Shown: positions 22,073 through 31,537 of the stretch, one piece after another
Layout of the letters: each line of letters opens with the position of its first letter
How positions within the stretch are numbered: the stretch's first letter is position 1
Notes under the pieces: generated by a model
The model's database searches: none
What the model was told of the DNA's origin: nothing
What the model saw: the letters and a program-made list of their open reading frames with translations, nothing else
Program-made: the position numbers and the translations under genes
From: an uncultured Acidobacteriota bacterium
GTDB lineage: Bacteria; Acidobacteriota; UBA6911
Assembly (NCBI GenBank): GCA_963827655.1
Contig: CAWHCF010000020.1
Location: forward strand, 224,001-288,000
DNA: 64,000 nucleotides
Reading direction: 5' to 3'

Positions 22073-22735
22073 ATGCGACTCTTCCTGATATTTCTCTTTC
22101 TCGCGTTCGCCGTCCTGATTCCATTCCTGATCTGGGGAGGCCGGTTCGAGGCGGCGTTCAGCCGTGACGGCGCCGTTTCCTGGCTTCGCGACTACGGCGC
22201 CTGGGCCTGGGCGGCAGCCATCGTGCTTCTGCTCCTCGACCTTTTTCTCCCTGTCCCGGCCACGGCAGTGTTTTCCGGGTTAGGTTTCCTGTATGGCGCC
22301 TTGCTGGGCGGACTCATAGGCGCTGCGGGATCGATCCTCTCGGGAGTAGCCGCGTACGCCGGCTGTCGGCTGGTCGGGCGGGGAGCAGCGGTTCGAATCG
22401 CCGGCGAGAGAGACCTGGCCCGCGCCGAGCGGCTGTTCTCATCGGTAGGTGGATGGCTGGTGGCCCTGTCTCGCTGGCTGCCCGTCTTTTCCGAGACCGT
22501 CGCCTGCCTGGCGGGGCTGGCGCGCATGCCGGCCGGTCCGTTCCTGCTTGCCCTCGCGTCCGGAACGATTCCCCTGGCAATGGTTTTTGCTATCGTGGGA
22601 GCGGCAGGCCTGCACTATCCGATCGCGGCGATGGCTCTCAGCGCCGGACTTCCGGCCCTTATCTGGCCCGTGGCATCACTCCTCGTCAGAAGGCAGAAGC
22701 AACCACCAGGACGCGAAGACACGAAGACACACTAA
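22073..22735 (+). CDS. DedA/TVP38 (VTT domain) membrane protein
   Basis: Hydrophobic; FLPVPAT and SRWLPVFSETVACLAG motifs. Confidence 0.85.
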   Translation: MRLFLIFLFLAFAVLIPFLIWGGRFEAAFSRDGAVSWLRDYGAWAWAAAIVLLLLDLFLPVPATAVFSGLGFLYGALLGGLIGAAGSILSGVAAYAGCRLVGRGAAVRIAGERDLARAERLFSSVGGWLVALSRWLPVFSETVACLAGLARMPAGPFLLALASGTIPLAMVFAIVGAAGLHYPIAAMALSAGLPALIWPVASLLVRRQKQPPGREDTKTH

Positions 22736-22737
22736 GG
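22701..22737 (+). repeat. Octamer repeat arm overlapping two convergent stop codons
   Basis: aaccaccaggacgcgaagacacgaagacacactaag. Confidence 0.8.
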
Positions 22738-23640
22738 ATGGCTTTGCGGATTTTTTCGCAAGGGCAGGTCGAAGTAAAAGACCCGGTTCTGGTCTTTGGC
22801 GCCGCCTGCCTCCTCCGGCGCAATGAGCAGGGAATCTCCCAGAATGGTGCGGTCGAGGATCGCCCCGTCGGGCCCGGTGACCAGGAACTCCGCCGGATGG
22901 ACGAAGACGATGTGGGTTTTGTTCTCGCGCGAGCGGGCCTGCAGGATGGGATCGTTGCGGCTGGGGCCGAACATGCCGCCCGAAGGGCAGATGAGAAAAT
23001 CTGCGCCGTTTTCGAAGAACCGCCGGACAATGTTTTCATCCCTCCGGTCGGCGCAGATCATGACGCCGACGTTGCCGAAGGGCGTCTCATGCACGGACGA
23101 TGTCTGGCCCGGCGTGTTGCGAACAGCCTCGTGCTCGAGGAATTGCTTGCGGTACTTTCCCGTCAATTTCCCGTCGGGCCCGATAATCACCGTGGTGTTG
23201 TAACGGAGCTCGCCGTCGGCTTCCAGCATGCCCGCGGTCAGATGGATATTCAGCTCATCGGCGAGGCGCGCCAGGCGCTCGAAGTACTTGCCCGTCGGGA
23301 TCGGTTCTCCTAAGGCGCGGTACTGTTCGAGCGGAATGCTCTTGTCCGCTATCGCGTATCCGTCGAGGAAGCATTCGGTCGTTACGACGATTTCGGCGCC
23401 GTTGGCCGCCGCCTCGCGAATCATCGGCTCGATGCGGCGGTAGTTCGTTTCCTTGTCGCCTCGGATCCACTTCAGGACGATTCCGGCGACCCGGACTGAT
23501 TTTTTCTCGGCCGCTCCAAGGAGATTGACGATTCCGGCGAGAGCGGGTGCCCCGGCACTGACCTGAAGAAACCTCCGGCGCGTCAGGCAGATCCTCGCGT
23601 ATCTATCGGTCATTTCAAGAACCCCCGGTGCATCGATCAT
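22732..23640 (-). CDS. Carbon-nitrogen hydrolase (nitrilase superfamily) with Tat signal
   Basis: TRRRFL; E-K-C triad (TTECF, YRKQF, MICADR). Confidence 0.88.
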   Translation of the reverse strand: MIDAPGVLEMTDRYARICLTRRRFLQVSAGAPALAGIVNLLGAAEKKSVRVAGIVLKWIRGDKETNYRRIEPMIREAAANGAEIVVTTECFLDGYAIADKSIPLEQYRALGEPIPTGKYFERLARLADELNIHLTAGMLEADGELRYNTTVIIGPDGKLTGKYRKQFLEHEAVRNTPGQTSSVHETPFGNVGVMICADRRDENIVRRFFENGADFLICPSGGMFGPSRNDPILQARSRENKTHIVFVHPAEFLVTGPDGAILDRTILGDSLLIAPEEAGGAKDQNRVFYFDLPLRKNPQSHP

Positions 23641-23729
23641 CGTGGAATAATTTCGGGCGCGCTGTCAAACCAATTCACTGCCCTTCTTTGTATTCCTAGG
23701 TCGCAATTTCTTGCTTTTTGCCGAAGATT

Positions 23730-23815
23730 CTTGGTGTTTCTTCGGTGTCTTTGAGTCTTAGTGGTATTTGTTAGACAGCTCTAACCGTAAGCGAAGCACG
23801 TAAGAAACACTAAGA
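23730..23815. repeat. Octamer inverted-repeat pair
   Basis: cttggtgtttcttcggtgtctttgagtcttagtggt ... aagaaacactaag. Confidence 0.7.
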
Positions 23816-23881
23816 TCACTTCGGTTGCGGCCGGGCTGCAGCAGAATGCGAACTGCTTCTGCGTGAGTCTTTAGTGCGCCT

Positions 23882-24730
23882 TCAAGCGGTTCGGACCACC
23901 ACCTCCCGCAGGCACCCCCGTAAGTCCATCTCGAATTCAATCTCCTCGATCGGAGGGCGGGCGAAGTGCCATCGAACACCGTGGATTCCAGCGTCGCCCA
24001 GGCGCGGCACGAGAAACTTCCGCATCAGCGGGAAGATGTCGTGAACCGTATAGACCTCGACGGCGGTCACCTCGGCCCAGCCGGCGCCAAGACCGCGAAG
24101 CCGCTCCTCCATCAACCGCAACACCTGAGCCGCCTTTTCCTGCAGGCCTGCTTCGGACAGATCACCGCGCCGTACGATGTCGCGCGCATCGAGCCGCTCA
24201 CCCTTCAGCTCGCCGGCTCCGGCCACGACGAACGTCGCGGCTGGCGCCCGCGACGGAACCGTGTAACTGAATCCGTAAAGCAGGACCTCAGCCGGCGGAG
24301 CGATCTCGGGCGCCACATTCGTGCGCGCTACCGGGTTGAGTCCGCCGGCAAGGATCCCGCGCTTCTCGAGCATCTCCAGGTAGCTCTGGTTGAACTCGTT
24401 GAAGCCCGGGAAGGTAAAGGGGCGCGGCGAACGCAACTCGATCCCGCACAGCGCCTCCGAGGGCCTTGACTGCTGTTGGAAATGACGATCGATGGTTTCA
24501 AACCCCTTTCGGTAAGGCACGGGCGGAACCAGCGTCGCATGGACTACTTCGTGGCCCGCCAGCGCGACGGCCCCGGAAGAATAGGGCGCAATCCCGCGCA
24601 GGAACCGGAACCCCCCTTTCGCGTTTTCGACCAGCATCGTCCCCTCCGCGCTTTTCGGCAATTGCGCCAGAGCGAGCGCTCCGGCCTGTTTCAAAAACTC
24701 CCGGCGATTCTGTTCCCTTTTCGGATTCAC
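23882..24730 (-). CDS. CnbZ-like (2-amino-5-chloromuconate deaminase-like, RidA-type fold) protein; start uncertain
   Basis: FLRGIAPYSSG, CGIELRSPRPF, NPVARTNVAP, FVVAGAGE and EFEMDLRG motifs. Confidence 0.75.
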   Translation of the reverse strand: MNPKREQNRREFLKQAGALALAQLPKSAEGTMLVENAKGGFRFLRGIAPYSSGAVALAGHEVVHATLVPPVPYRKGFETIDRHFQQQSRPSEALCGIELRSPRPFTFPGFNEFNQSYLEMLEKRGILAGGLNPVARTNVAPEIAPPAEVLLYGFSYTVPSRAPAATFVVAGAGELKGERLDARDIVRRGDLSEAGLQEKAAQVLRLMEERLRGLGAGWAEVTAVEVYTVHDIFPLMRKFLVPRLGDAGIHGVRWHFARPPIEEIEFEMDLRGCLREVVVRTA

Positions 24731-24788
24731 TTCTTCTCCGCCTTCTGGTGCATGCCCATCTTCCCTAGGCATTATAGTCCACAAGGTT

Positions 24789-24861
24789 CTTAGCGTTTCT
24801 TCGAGTCTTCGAGTCTTGGTGGTTGGTTTTTGTTCCGCCGCACTAACCACGGAGACACGAG
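24789..24861. repeat. Octamer inverted-repeat pair
   Basis: cttagcgtttcttcgagtcttcgagtcttggtggtt ... aaccacggagacacgag. Confidence 0.75.
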
Positions 24862-24967
24862 CCAGGTGTGTTATACTCGGGATCTTGTAAGACAGCCTCA
24901 CAATAGAAACAGCGCCACAAATGAGCAAAGCTCAGCAGACTTGATAAAACACCGAAAGGATGAATCG

Positions 24968-25453
24968 ATGAAATCAAAGATAAGAACACGTGTGATGATG
25001 ACCCTTTTGGGATTGGGCGTCCTCGTTCTCGCGTTTCCGGCGTTCACGCAAGAAAAGAAGGCAGACGACATGCAGATCGTTCGCGAGAAGCTGCGCGCCG
25101 ACAAGAAGCTCCTTGTTTCAGAGGCCATGAAGTTCACGGAGGCCGAGGCCAAAGGCTTTTGGCCGGTTTATGAGAGCTACCAGAAAGAGATGACCGGGAT
25201 CAATGACCGCGTAGTCAAAGTTATCCAGGAATACGCCAAGAGTTATACCAGCATGACCGATGAGGTCGCCAAAAAGCTAGTCGATGACTCTCTGGCGACT
25301 GACGGAGACCGGCTGAAAATCCGCCAATCTTATCTGCCCAAGTTTCGCAAGGTCCTGTCGGAAATCAAAGTGGCGCGTTTCTACCAGCTCGAAAACAAAA
25401 TCCAGGCGGCCATAAACTACGATTTGGCGGCAGGTATTCCGATGATCGAGTGA
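24968..25453 (+). CDS. Secreted alpha-helical hypothetical protein
   Basis: RBS AAGGA; signal peptide; FWPVYESYQKE and RFYQLENKI motifs. Confidence 0.8.
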   Translation: MKSKIRTRVMMTLLGLGVLVLAFPAFTQEKKADDMQIVREKLRADKKLLVSEAMKFTEAEAKGFWPVYESYQKEMTGINDRVVKVIQEYAKSYTSMTDEVAKKLVDDSLATDGDRLKIRQSYLPKFRKVLSEIKVARFYQLENKIQAAINYDLAAGIPMIE

Positions 25454-25499
25454 CGGTGATCCATCTCACCCGGCGCTGTCGACACCGCGCACCAGAAGG

Positions 25500-25700
25500 T
25501 CGGCCCAGGGAATCGGAAAACAAGATAATCAGGCCAGAAGCTGAGGATGTAAGCAAATCTCAGCCGCCGCTGTTCGGGGAAGCACTGAGCCAGCCCCAGG
25601 ACCAGCAGCAGCCAGCCGAAGCCGGCACGGGCGCGAATGCGTAGGTAATCAGGCAAAAGGCCAGAAGAAACACGTGCGGGCTGGTGCCCGATACGCACAC
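25500..25700 (-). pseudogene. Possible remnant of a membrane protein C-terminus
   Basis: Frame-broken HVFLLAFCLITYAFAPVP / GFGWLLLVLGLAQC...RLRFAYILSF. Confidence 0.35.
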
Positions 25701-25984
25701 ATTCTTCGGTGGTCATGGTGATCGACGATCTGGAGAAAGGATTACTTCTGCCCGAGGTGCAGGTGCCCTCCGATTCGGTCCCCGCACTGCCTGCAGCCGG
25801 TTCAACCCCGTAGCGGATGTCTGGGCCTGGAAGAACAACCCCCGCGGCCCATTCGCAGACTGGAACCCCAACGTGTCGTGTGCGGACTGGGCAGGCACGT
25901 CCTAGTTTGTTTGGCGTAGGACGGGTCACACGCGAGCTCTCGCTCTCCCTGACGAAGCAGGGGAGGCGAACCCGGCGTCCAGCC

Positions 25985-27478
25985 TCAGGTTGCGAGGAAC
26001 CTTCGGAAGAGATTCTCGGTCATTCGCTGAACTCGCGCGTCGGGCCCCGGCGGCGTCCCGCCGTGGGCACTCGGCCGCATGTATCCCGGCGGCTCGGAAA
26101 GCCCGTCGGACCACCAGATCGTGGCGGCGTTGAAGACCCAGTTGCCCTTCGGAGCGCGGAACATCGTAGCCGTGTATTCAGTGCCCTGCGGCTTTCCGCG
26201 GCTGGAGACCGCCCCGCGCGCCAGCACCTCCAGCCCCTGGATCGAGGCCGGGTGGCCATGGTGCTCCCAGCCCACCAGGCCTTTGATCGAATCGCCGTTC
26301 TTCATCCCGGTGCCTTCGAAGAGCCAGTGCTTTTCGTTCACGCAGGTCCAATCGGCGCTTCCGTTCGCGGGGCTGGTCGTCCTCGCCCCCATGAGAAGCG
26401 CCGGATCGGGCCCGTGTTGTTTCCATTTGTCGTAGGCGCGCTCACGGTCGGAGTCGACTCCGGCGAACTTTCCGATCCGGCCGATCGTGCGGTAGGGCGC
26501 GCCCGCGGCATTGGGGAGCACCTCGAGAACGCCGTCGACCGAGTTTCCGCAGAAGAAGGCGGCATGGGCGCCTGCATCTATCGCGCTCTTTACGTTCTGA
26601 AACATGTCGAGCGACCAGTACTCGTCGTGCCCGACGGAGAGGAACACCTTTCCGCGGGCGAGCCCGCGAGCGTCGGCGTGCGTGTCCATGTTCGAGATGT
26701 ACGAGACATCGTAGCCGGCCTTTTCCATCCAGAAGGCCAGCGGGAACTCCCAGAGGAGGAATTCACCGGAACCCTGCGACAGGGGAGCGTCGAATATCTG
26801 CCGGTACTTGCCGTATGGGCGGTCGAAGCTGACCCGCACGCCGGGGCCCGTGTACCAGTTGTGCGGCGGGGTGCCATCGTCGTAGAGCGACCAGAGGTCG
26901 GGCCAGCGGTTGTATGCCGCCCACGTAGTGTCCGAGCATTGAAAGAGGAAGTTGCACTCGCGGTCGTCCCGGACGACGAAAATCATATAGCTCTGGAGTT
27001 TCTCCCGCTCCTCGGTGAGCTTGGCCAGGTAGACGCCGCTGGGCCAGGTCGCCGGGATGGTCAACCGCATGGCCGTGTTCCATACGCACTCGCGCAGGCG
27101 CTCCTCGCCCACGGGCGGATCGGGCTGGGGTGAGCCCTGAAACGGGCCGAACCGCTCCAGGTGCCGTCCGCCCTTTCCGCCGTAGTAACCCATCCGGTAG
27201 CAGTCGATCACGAAGCTCGACGCGGGGTTCGTGCTCACCTTGAACTCGATCGTCTCCCCGGAGCGGACACTCGTCCTGGAGCAATACCCTTCGATCCAAG
27301 GGGAGCGGTAGCGCGTATTCGGATCGACACGCGTATTGGTCAGGATCCAGTCGCTGGTTCCGGGCTTCGCGTTCTCCTCACGGACGAGGTCGCTCTTGGC
27401 GCCTTCTGATTTACAACCCCCTATGGCGGCGATCCCAGCCCCAGCCATGCCTTTGAGTATCTCGCGACGAGTGATCAT
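25985..27478 (-). CDS. N,N-dimethylformamidase beta-subunit-family domain protein with Tat/lipoprotein signal
   Basis: TRREIL...GGC; YRMGYYGG, TTWAAYNRW, VSFDRPY, SVGHDEYWS and VFNAATIWW motifs. Confidence 0.85.
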   Translation of the reverse strand: MITRREILKGMAGAGIAAIGGCKSEGAKSDLVREENAKPGTSDWILTNTRVDPNTRYRSPWIEGYCSRTSVRSGETIEFKVSTNPASSFVIDCYRMGYYGGKGGRHLERFGPFQGSPQPDPPVGEERLRECVWNTAMRLTIPATWPSGVYLAKLTEEREKLQSYMIFVVRDDRECNFLFQCSDTTWAAYNRWPDLWSLYDDGTPPHNWYTGPGVRVSFDRPYGKYRQIFDAPLSQGSGEFLLWEFPLAFWMEKAGYDVSYISNMDTHADARGLARGKVFLSVGHDEYWSLDMFQNVKSAIDAGAHAAFFCGNSVDGVLEVLPNAAGAPYRTIGRIGKFAGVDSDRERAYDKWKQHGPDPALLMGARTTSPANGSADWTCVNEKHWLFEGTGMKNGDSIKGLVGWEHHGHPASIQGLEVLARGAVSSRGKPQGTEYTATMFRAPKGNWVFNAATIWWSDGLSEPPGYMRPSAHGGTPPGPDARVQRMTENLFRRFLAT

Positions 27479-27512
27479 GAGTCCTCCCCATCAGGATTGT
27501 CTGTTCAGCCCG

Positions 27513-27548
27513 CTTGGCGTTTCTTGGTGGCTTGGAGTCTTAGCGGTT
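27513..27548. repeat. Octamer arm, left of the cargo
   Basis: cttggcgtttcttggtggcttggagtcttagcggtt. Confidence 0.75.
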
Positions 27549-27549
27549 A

Positions 27550-28182
27550 TCAGTTGACAACAAGCTTTTCCACATTGGAGGCCACGGCGAATGGATAAGA
27601 GCTCTCCTCAGGAAGCCTCGTTGTACCAGGATGATAAATAGCCAATATGTAATAAACACCCGATTTCAGCTCATGACGCATTCGCGAGGTGCCTGTCGTA
27701 AAAGTGAGATCGGCGAGTTCAATAGTGGTTGTTTGACCAGGTGAGAGTTCAAAGCGCTCGTGTGCAATATGTGCCTTGCCGAGCGAATTGGCTGATACCT
27801 GATTCCACAGACTATCAAACACGACCAGATTCAGAGCCGCGTTGTAGTTGGGCGAGACCAGTTCAAGCTTCTTATCGCCCGTATTTGTTATCTCCAGGGC
27901 TCCTTTGACCTGAGAATTTACGTCTACACGTGCTTTTCCTTTTTCCTCCCGCGGCCGCCTCTCACCATCACACTCGCTACACACACGTTGTATGCGTCCG
28001 CCTGGCTGTTTGATTCCAATCCTGGCCTGAATCAGACGACGAACTGCCCGGTTGCCGACGGTTTGTTGGAACCGCAGAAGCGGGTGCAGTGGAGTCTGCG
28101 TTCGCGCCACGGCTTTAGATTGGCACTGGCAGCGTTTTTCGTGAACTTTTTCGTCTGATTTGGATGAGTGCCAGTATCTCAT
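27550..28182 (-). CDS. Lower-GC hypothetical: DUF4157/eCIS-effector-like leader fused to a beta-rich domain (possibly a pseudogene)
   Basis: HPLLRFQQTVGNRAVRRLIQARIGIKQPG and IQRVCSEC; no HELxH core. Confidence 0.55.
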   Translation of the reverse strand: MRYWHSSKSDEKVHEKRCQCQSKAVARTQTPLHPLLRFQQTVGNRAVRRLIQARIGIKQPGGRIQRVCSECDGERRPREEKGKARVDVNSQVKGALEITNTGDKKLELVSPNYNAALNLVVFDSLWNQVSANSLGKAHIAHERFELSPGQTTTIELADLTFTTGTSRMRHELKSGVYYILAIYHPGTTRLPEESSYPFAVASNVEKLVVN

Positions 28183-28240
28183 TGGTCTTTGCCAAGATGG
28201 CCGACATTCTATCACGTGACGGCGAGGCCTAGCGGAAACT

Positions 28241-28271
28241 AATACCGCTAAGACACGAAGAAACACCAGGA
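28241..28271. repeat. Octamer arm, right of the cargo, inverted relative to 27513
   Basis: aataccgctaagacacgaagaaacaccagg. Confidence 0.75.
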
Positions 28272-28273
28272 AC

Positions 28274-31200
28274 TTAGTGGGTTCGGTTCTTGCCGGCGGA
28301 CAGCAGGAAGGCAAGCAGATGATTGAATTCATCAGGAGGGATTTGCTCGGCAAAGTCGGAAGGCATGGGGGAGAGTTGCGACTCTCGCCGCGCTTCGATC
28401 TGCTGCTTGGCGAGCTGAACCTCCTGGCCCAGCTCATCCACTACAACGAGAACCGGTCCCTGTTCTTTGACTACCACCCCGGTTACGGTTCCGCCGTCTT
28501 TCAGTTTGATCATCTGGCTTCGGAATGCGCTCTCGACATTCCGGTTGGGGTCGAGCACATCTTCAATCAGCCGCTCCAGACCGCGGCTGCCGGCGCCGTC
28601 CAGCTGCGGGCCGACTGTTTTTCCTTTTCCGCCGACCTGGTGGCATTTGATGCAGTACTTCTCGAATACGTCGGCGCCGCGCGCGACCACGGTTTGGTTG
28701 GCATGGAAGGCGGAGCGTCGCTGATCGATCAGCCCTTCCAGTGAAGCCTCCTCCTGTGCCAGGTCTCGAGTAAGCCGGTCAGCTCGAGCCCGTATATCAG
28801 GGGGAAGTGATTTTAGTCGAATCTGGATTCCGCTGCGCAAGAGAACCTGGCGCGAAGCCTTGCCGCTCTCGATCGCGTCGAGCATGGCTCTGGCCGTGTC
28901 CTCCCTCTGAACCAGGTTCGCCGCCAGACGTGTTTGAAGGCGTGCCGGCGCTGCGCTGAGCGCGCGCACCAATTGGGCCGTGACCGCGGGAGAGTCAATG
29001 CGCCGGAACGCGGCGATTATTCGGCCCTGCAACTCCACCCTTTCGGAAGAGTCCTGGAGCATTTCTCCTACAACCGGCACGTTTTTCTCCGGATTGATGG
29101 CCAGCAGGGCCTCGGCGGCGGCGGCTCTGGTGTCGGGTCTCAGGTCCCGCGCTTTGAGAGCGCCGGCCAGCCGCGGTTCCATCGCTTCCCACCGAAGCGA
29201 TCCTGCGATTTCAAATGCACTGCGCCAGTTCTGCTCTTCTTTTGTGGCGAGGAGGCTTTGAGTTAACTGAAGGCCCCAGGAACGCGCGGTGCCGGGCAGA
29301 GACAGACCGCGTTCGGCGGTGCCTTGTTGAAAGACCTTATACAACCTGGCTTGCTCTTGTGCCTGGGGGTGGAGCAAGCGCGCCGCTCGGATGAGTCGAT
29401 CGAGCATCTTCTCCGGAGCAAATCGGGCCGCATGGGCCACATAACGCTCCACTGAAACGCTGCCGGTTGAAGGGGTCTCGAGGTATTCGAGCAGGAATTG
29501 GCCGGCCCGCTCCGACTCGACACCGAGGGCCGCGTCTGCCAGGAAATCGGTATCACTCTTGTCCCACGTTTTGCGCGCCACAGCGTCCATGATCTCCGGA
29601 ACCCGGAGTTGATCGCGAACCGCCATGCGCGCTGTGTAGAGCAGGTGGGTGTCTTTCGAGGGAATGCGCCGACGCAGCTCGAACAGGGGTTGCAGCTGGT
29701 TTTCCTGCGGATGAAGTCGTAGAGCCTCCGTGGCCGCGCGTTGAACAAACGCATCGGGGTCGCGAATTCCCTCCAGCGCAAGCGATCGCTCGCTTGGGCC
29801 GAACTCAGGTTGTTCGGTGAGAGCGCGCATGGCATGGATCCTGACCGAGGCGTCGGTGTCGCGCGCGGCCGCCTCCAGCAGTTTGAAATCGAGCGCTTTC
29901 AGCCGGTACAGGATCCACAGCGCATGACATTTTTGCACTGGCTTCGCGCTCGCGGACTGCAGCAGATTCCTGACTGGGTCAATGGCGCGGAGGCCCACGC
30001 GATCGACGATTTCGTTGGCCGCGAGCATCCGGACTGCAAGGTTCGCGTGCCCGAGACCGACCAAAAGATCCTCCAGCGCCGCGTCGGCCCAGCTCGTCCT
30101 GGGAGCTCTTGCAGGAGCCGTGTCACGTCCCTGGTAAGAAATGCGCCAGATCCGGCCGCGGATCCGGTCGCGGCCTGGATGATCGAGAGGGACCTCGATG
30201 TGACCGATAATCCGGTTGTAGAAGTCGGCAACGTACAATGCACCATCGGGTCCAAGTTCCATGTCGACGGGACGAAACCATGGATCATCGCTGACCAGAA
30301 AGTCGGGTTTCTCGACGGCAAACTGGGTTGATCCTCTGTCCTCGAGGGCGTCCCGGTTGATGCGGCTGGTCACGACGTTGCCGGTGAATATGTTCCCTCG
30401 ATACTCCGCCGGGAACTGGTCGGCGCTGTAATTGACGATTCCCGCGATTGCGGTCGAGCCATGATTGTGATCCATCATTTCGGGGCCGAAGCCGAGGCCC
30501 GTGGGAAGCTTGGCGAAATGCGGATAGTCTCCGCCCCGGAGCAACTGATAAACCGGCTGGGTGTGACAGTCGGTTGAATAAATGTTACCGAGCGGATCGA
30601 AGGCAAGACCGAAGGGGTTGACCTGCCCGTACGTGAAATGTTCGATTCGGGAGCCGTCGAGCCTGAAGCGAAAGGTGTTGCCGGACTCCAGCGTCACCGT
30701 ACTGCCGTCCGGCGCCGAAATCCGGGATTTGTTGGAAAAGCCGTGGCAGGCGTACAACCACCCGTCGAAGCCGCGAGTGAAGGCGCTCACCATTCCATGG
30801 GTGTCGTCATGAGTAAATCTGCTGAACAGGACTACCCTCTGGTCGGCCCGGTCATCGCCGTTCAGATCGAAAAACCGATAGATGTAAGGGATGCTGTAAA
30901 CAACAGCTCCTCCAGGAACCGGGGTGACTCCCATCGGTATGTTGAGTCCTTCGGCAAAAGGGATAAACCGATCGGCGCGCCCGTCGTGGTTGGTGTCTTC
31001 GAGGATCAGGACCCTATCCTTCCCTTTTCCATCGGGAGCGGCGTGGGGGTACTCTTGCGACATCGTCATCCACAGGCGCCCGCGGGAATCGAAAGCCAGG
31101 TTCATCGGCTTGCCGATCTCGGGCTCGGAAGCGAACAACTCGATCTGGAATCCGGGCGGCAGGTGGAAGCCGCTTTGCTCCTCTGCGGGAGAACGCGGTG

Positions 31201-31384
31201 GCGTAGGACGCACGTGGGCCTTGAACGGGTCCTCAGCGACATCGGCTTTCTTCGACGCCGGGTCGGTAGCTTTGCCGGCTTCCAGCCGGGATCTATTGCG
31301 GGGGGCCAGAGCCAGCCAGCCCCAAACGAGAGCGATACCCAGAACCAGCGCAGCTATAGCCAGGAGAAGCTTTTTATTTCGCAT
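28274..31384 (-). CDS. PVC-type heme-binding protein (dehydrogenase-like propeller + HEAT repeats + cytochrome c)
   Basis: FASEPEIGKP, GPDGALYVADFYNRII and CIKCH...VGPQL motifs. Confidence 0.9.
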   Translation of the reverse strand: MRNKKLLLAIAALVLGIALVWGWLALAPRNRSRLEAGKATDPASKKADVAEDPFKAHVRPTPPRSPAEEQSGFHLPPGFQIELFASEPEIGKPMNLAFDSRGRLWMTMSQEYPHAAPDGKGKDRVLILEDTNHDGRADRFIPFAEGLNIPMGVTPVPGGAVVYSIPYIYRFFDLNGDDRADQRVVLFSRFTHDDTHGMVSAFTRGFDGWLYACHGFSNKSRISAPDGSTVTLESGNTFRFRLDGSRIEHFTYGQVNPFGLAFDPLGNIYSTDCHTQPVYQLLRGGDYPHFAKLPTGLGFGPEMMDHNHGSTAIAGIVNYSADQFPAEYRGNIFTGNVVTSRINRDALEDRGSTQFAVEKPDFLVSDDPWFRPVDMELGPDGALYVADFYNRIIGHIEVPLDHPGRDRIRGRIWRISYQGRDTAPARAPRTSWADAALEDLLVGLGHANLAVRMLAANEIVDRVGLRAIDPVRNLLQSASAKPVQKCHALWILYRLKALDFKLLEAAARDTDASVRIHAMRALTEQPEFGPSERSLALEGIRDPDAFVQRAATEALRLHPQENQLQPLFELRRRIPSKDTHLLYTARMAVRDQLRVPEIMDAVARKTWDKSDTDFLADAALGVESERAGQFLLEYLETPSTGSVSVERYVAHAARFAPEKMLDRLIRAARLLHPQAQEQARLYKVFQQGTAERGLSLPGTARSWGLQLTQSLLATKEEQNWRSAFEIAGSLRWEAMEPRLAGALKARDLRPDTRAAAAEALLAINPEKNVPVVGEMLQDSSERVELQGRIIAAFRRIDSPAVTAQLVRALSAAPARLQTRLAANLVQREDTARAMLDAIESGKASRQVLLRSGIQIRLKSLPPDIRARADRLTRDLAQEEASLEGLIDQRRSAFHANQTVVARGADVFEKYCIKCHQVGGKGKTVGPQLDGAGSRGLERLIEDVLDPNRNVESAFRSQMIKLKDGGTVTGVVVKEQGPVLVVVDELGQEVQLAKQQIEARRESQLSPMPSDFAEQIPPDEFNHLLAFLLSAGKNRTH

Positions 31385-31397
31385 GGAACATGTTCTA
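31384..31397. promoter_or_regulatory. Palindromic operator TGGAACATGTTCTA
   Basis: Lies between an extended -10 (TGcTATGAT, minus strand) and the start codon. Confidence 0.75.
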
Positions 31398-31451
31398 TGA
31401 GGCGGCGATCATAGCACTTCCGATTGACCCAGATCAATCGAGCACCGCATC

Positions 31452-31536
31452 ATCAGCTATCAGCTTTCAGCTATCAGCAGCTGATTTCAGTACGGCTTGC
31501 TGACAGCTGACTGCTGAAGCTACGCTGACGCTGATG
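31452..31536. repeat. Inverted heptamer arrays (ATCAGCT)n / (GCTGACA)n
   Basis: Four units on the left, about five degenerate units on the right; adjacent to stop 31538. Confidence 0.8.
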
Positions 31537-31537
31537 C

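Noticed and set aside
25928-25984. Possible further REP or terminator hairpin
   Set aside because: Imperfect, single copy in the window, no U-tract.
25817-27133. Long antisense ORFs (also 47947-49101, 40758-42008, 52511-53629, 57810-58877)
   Set aside because: Shadow frames of real high-GC genes, without recognisable motifs.
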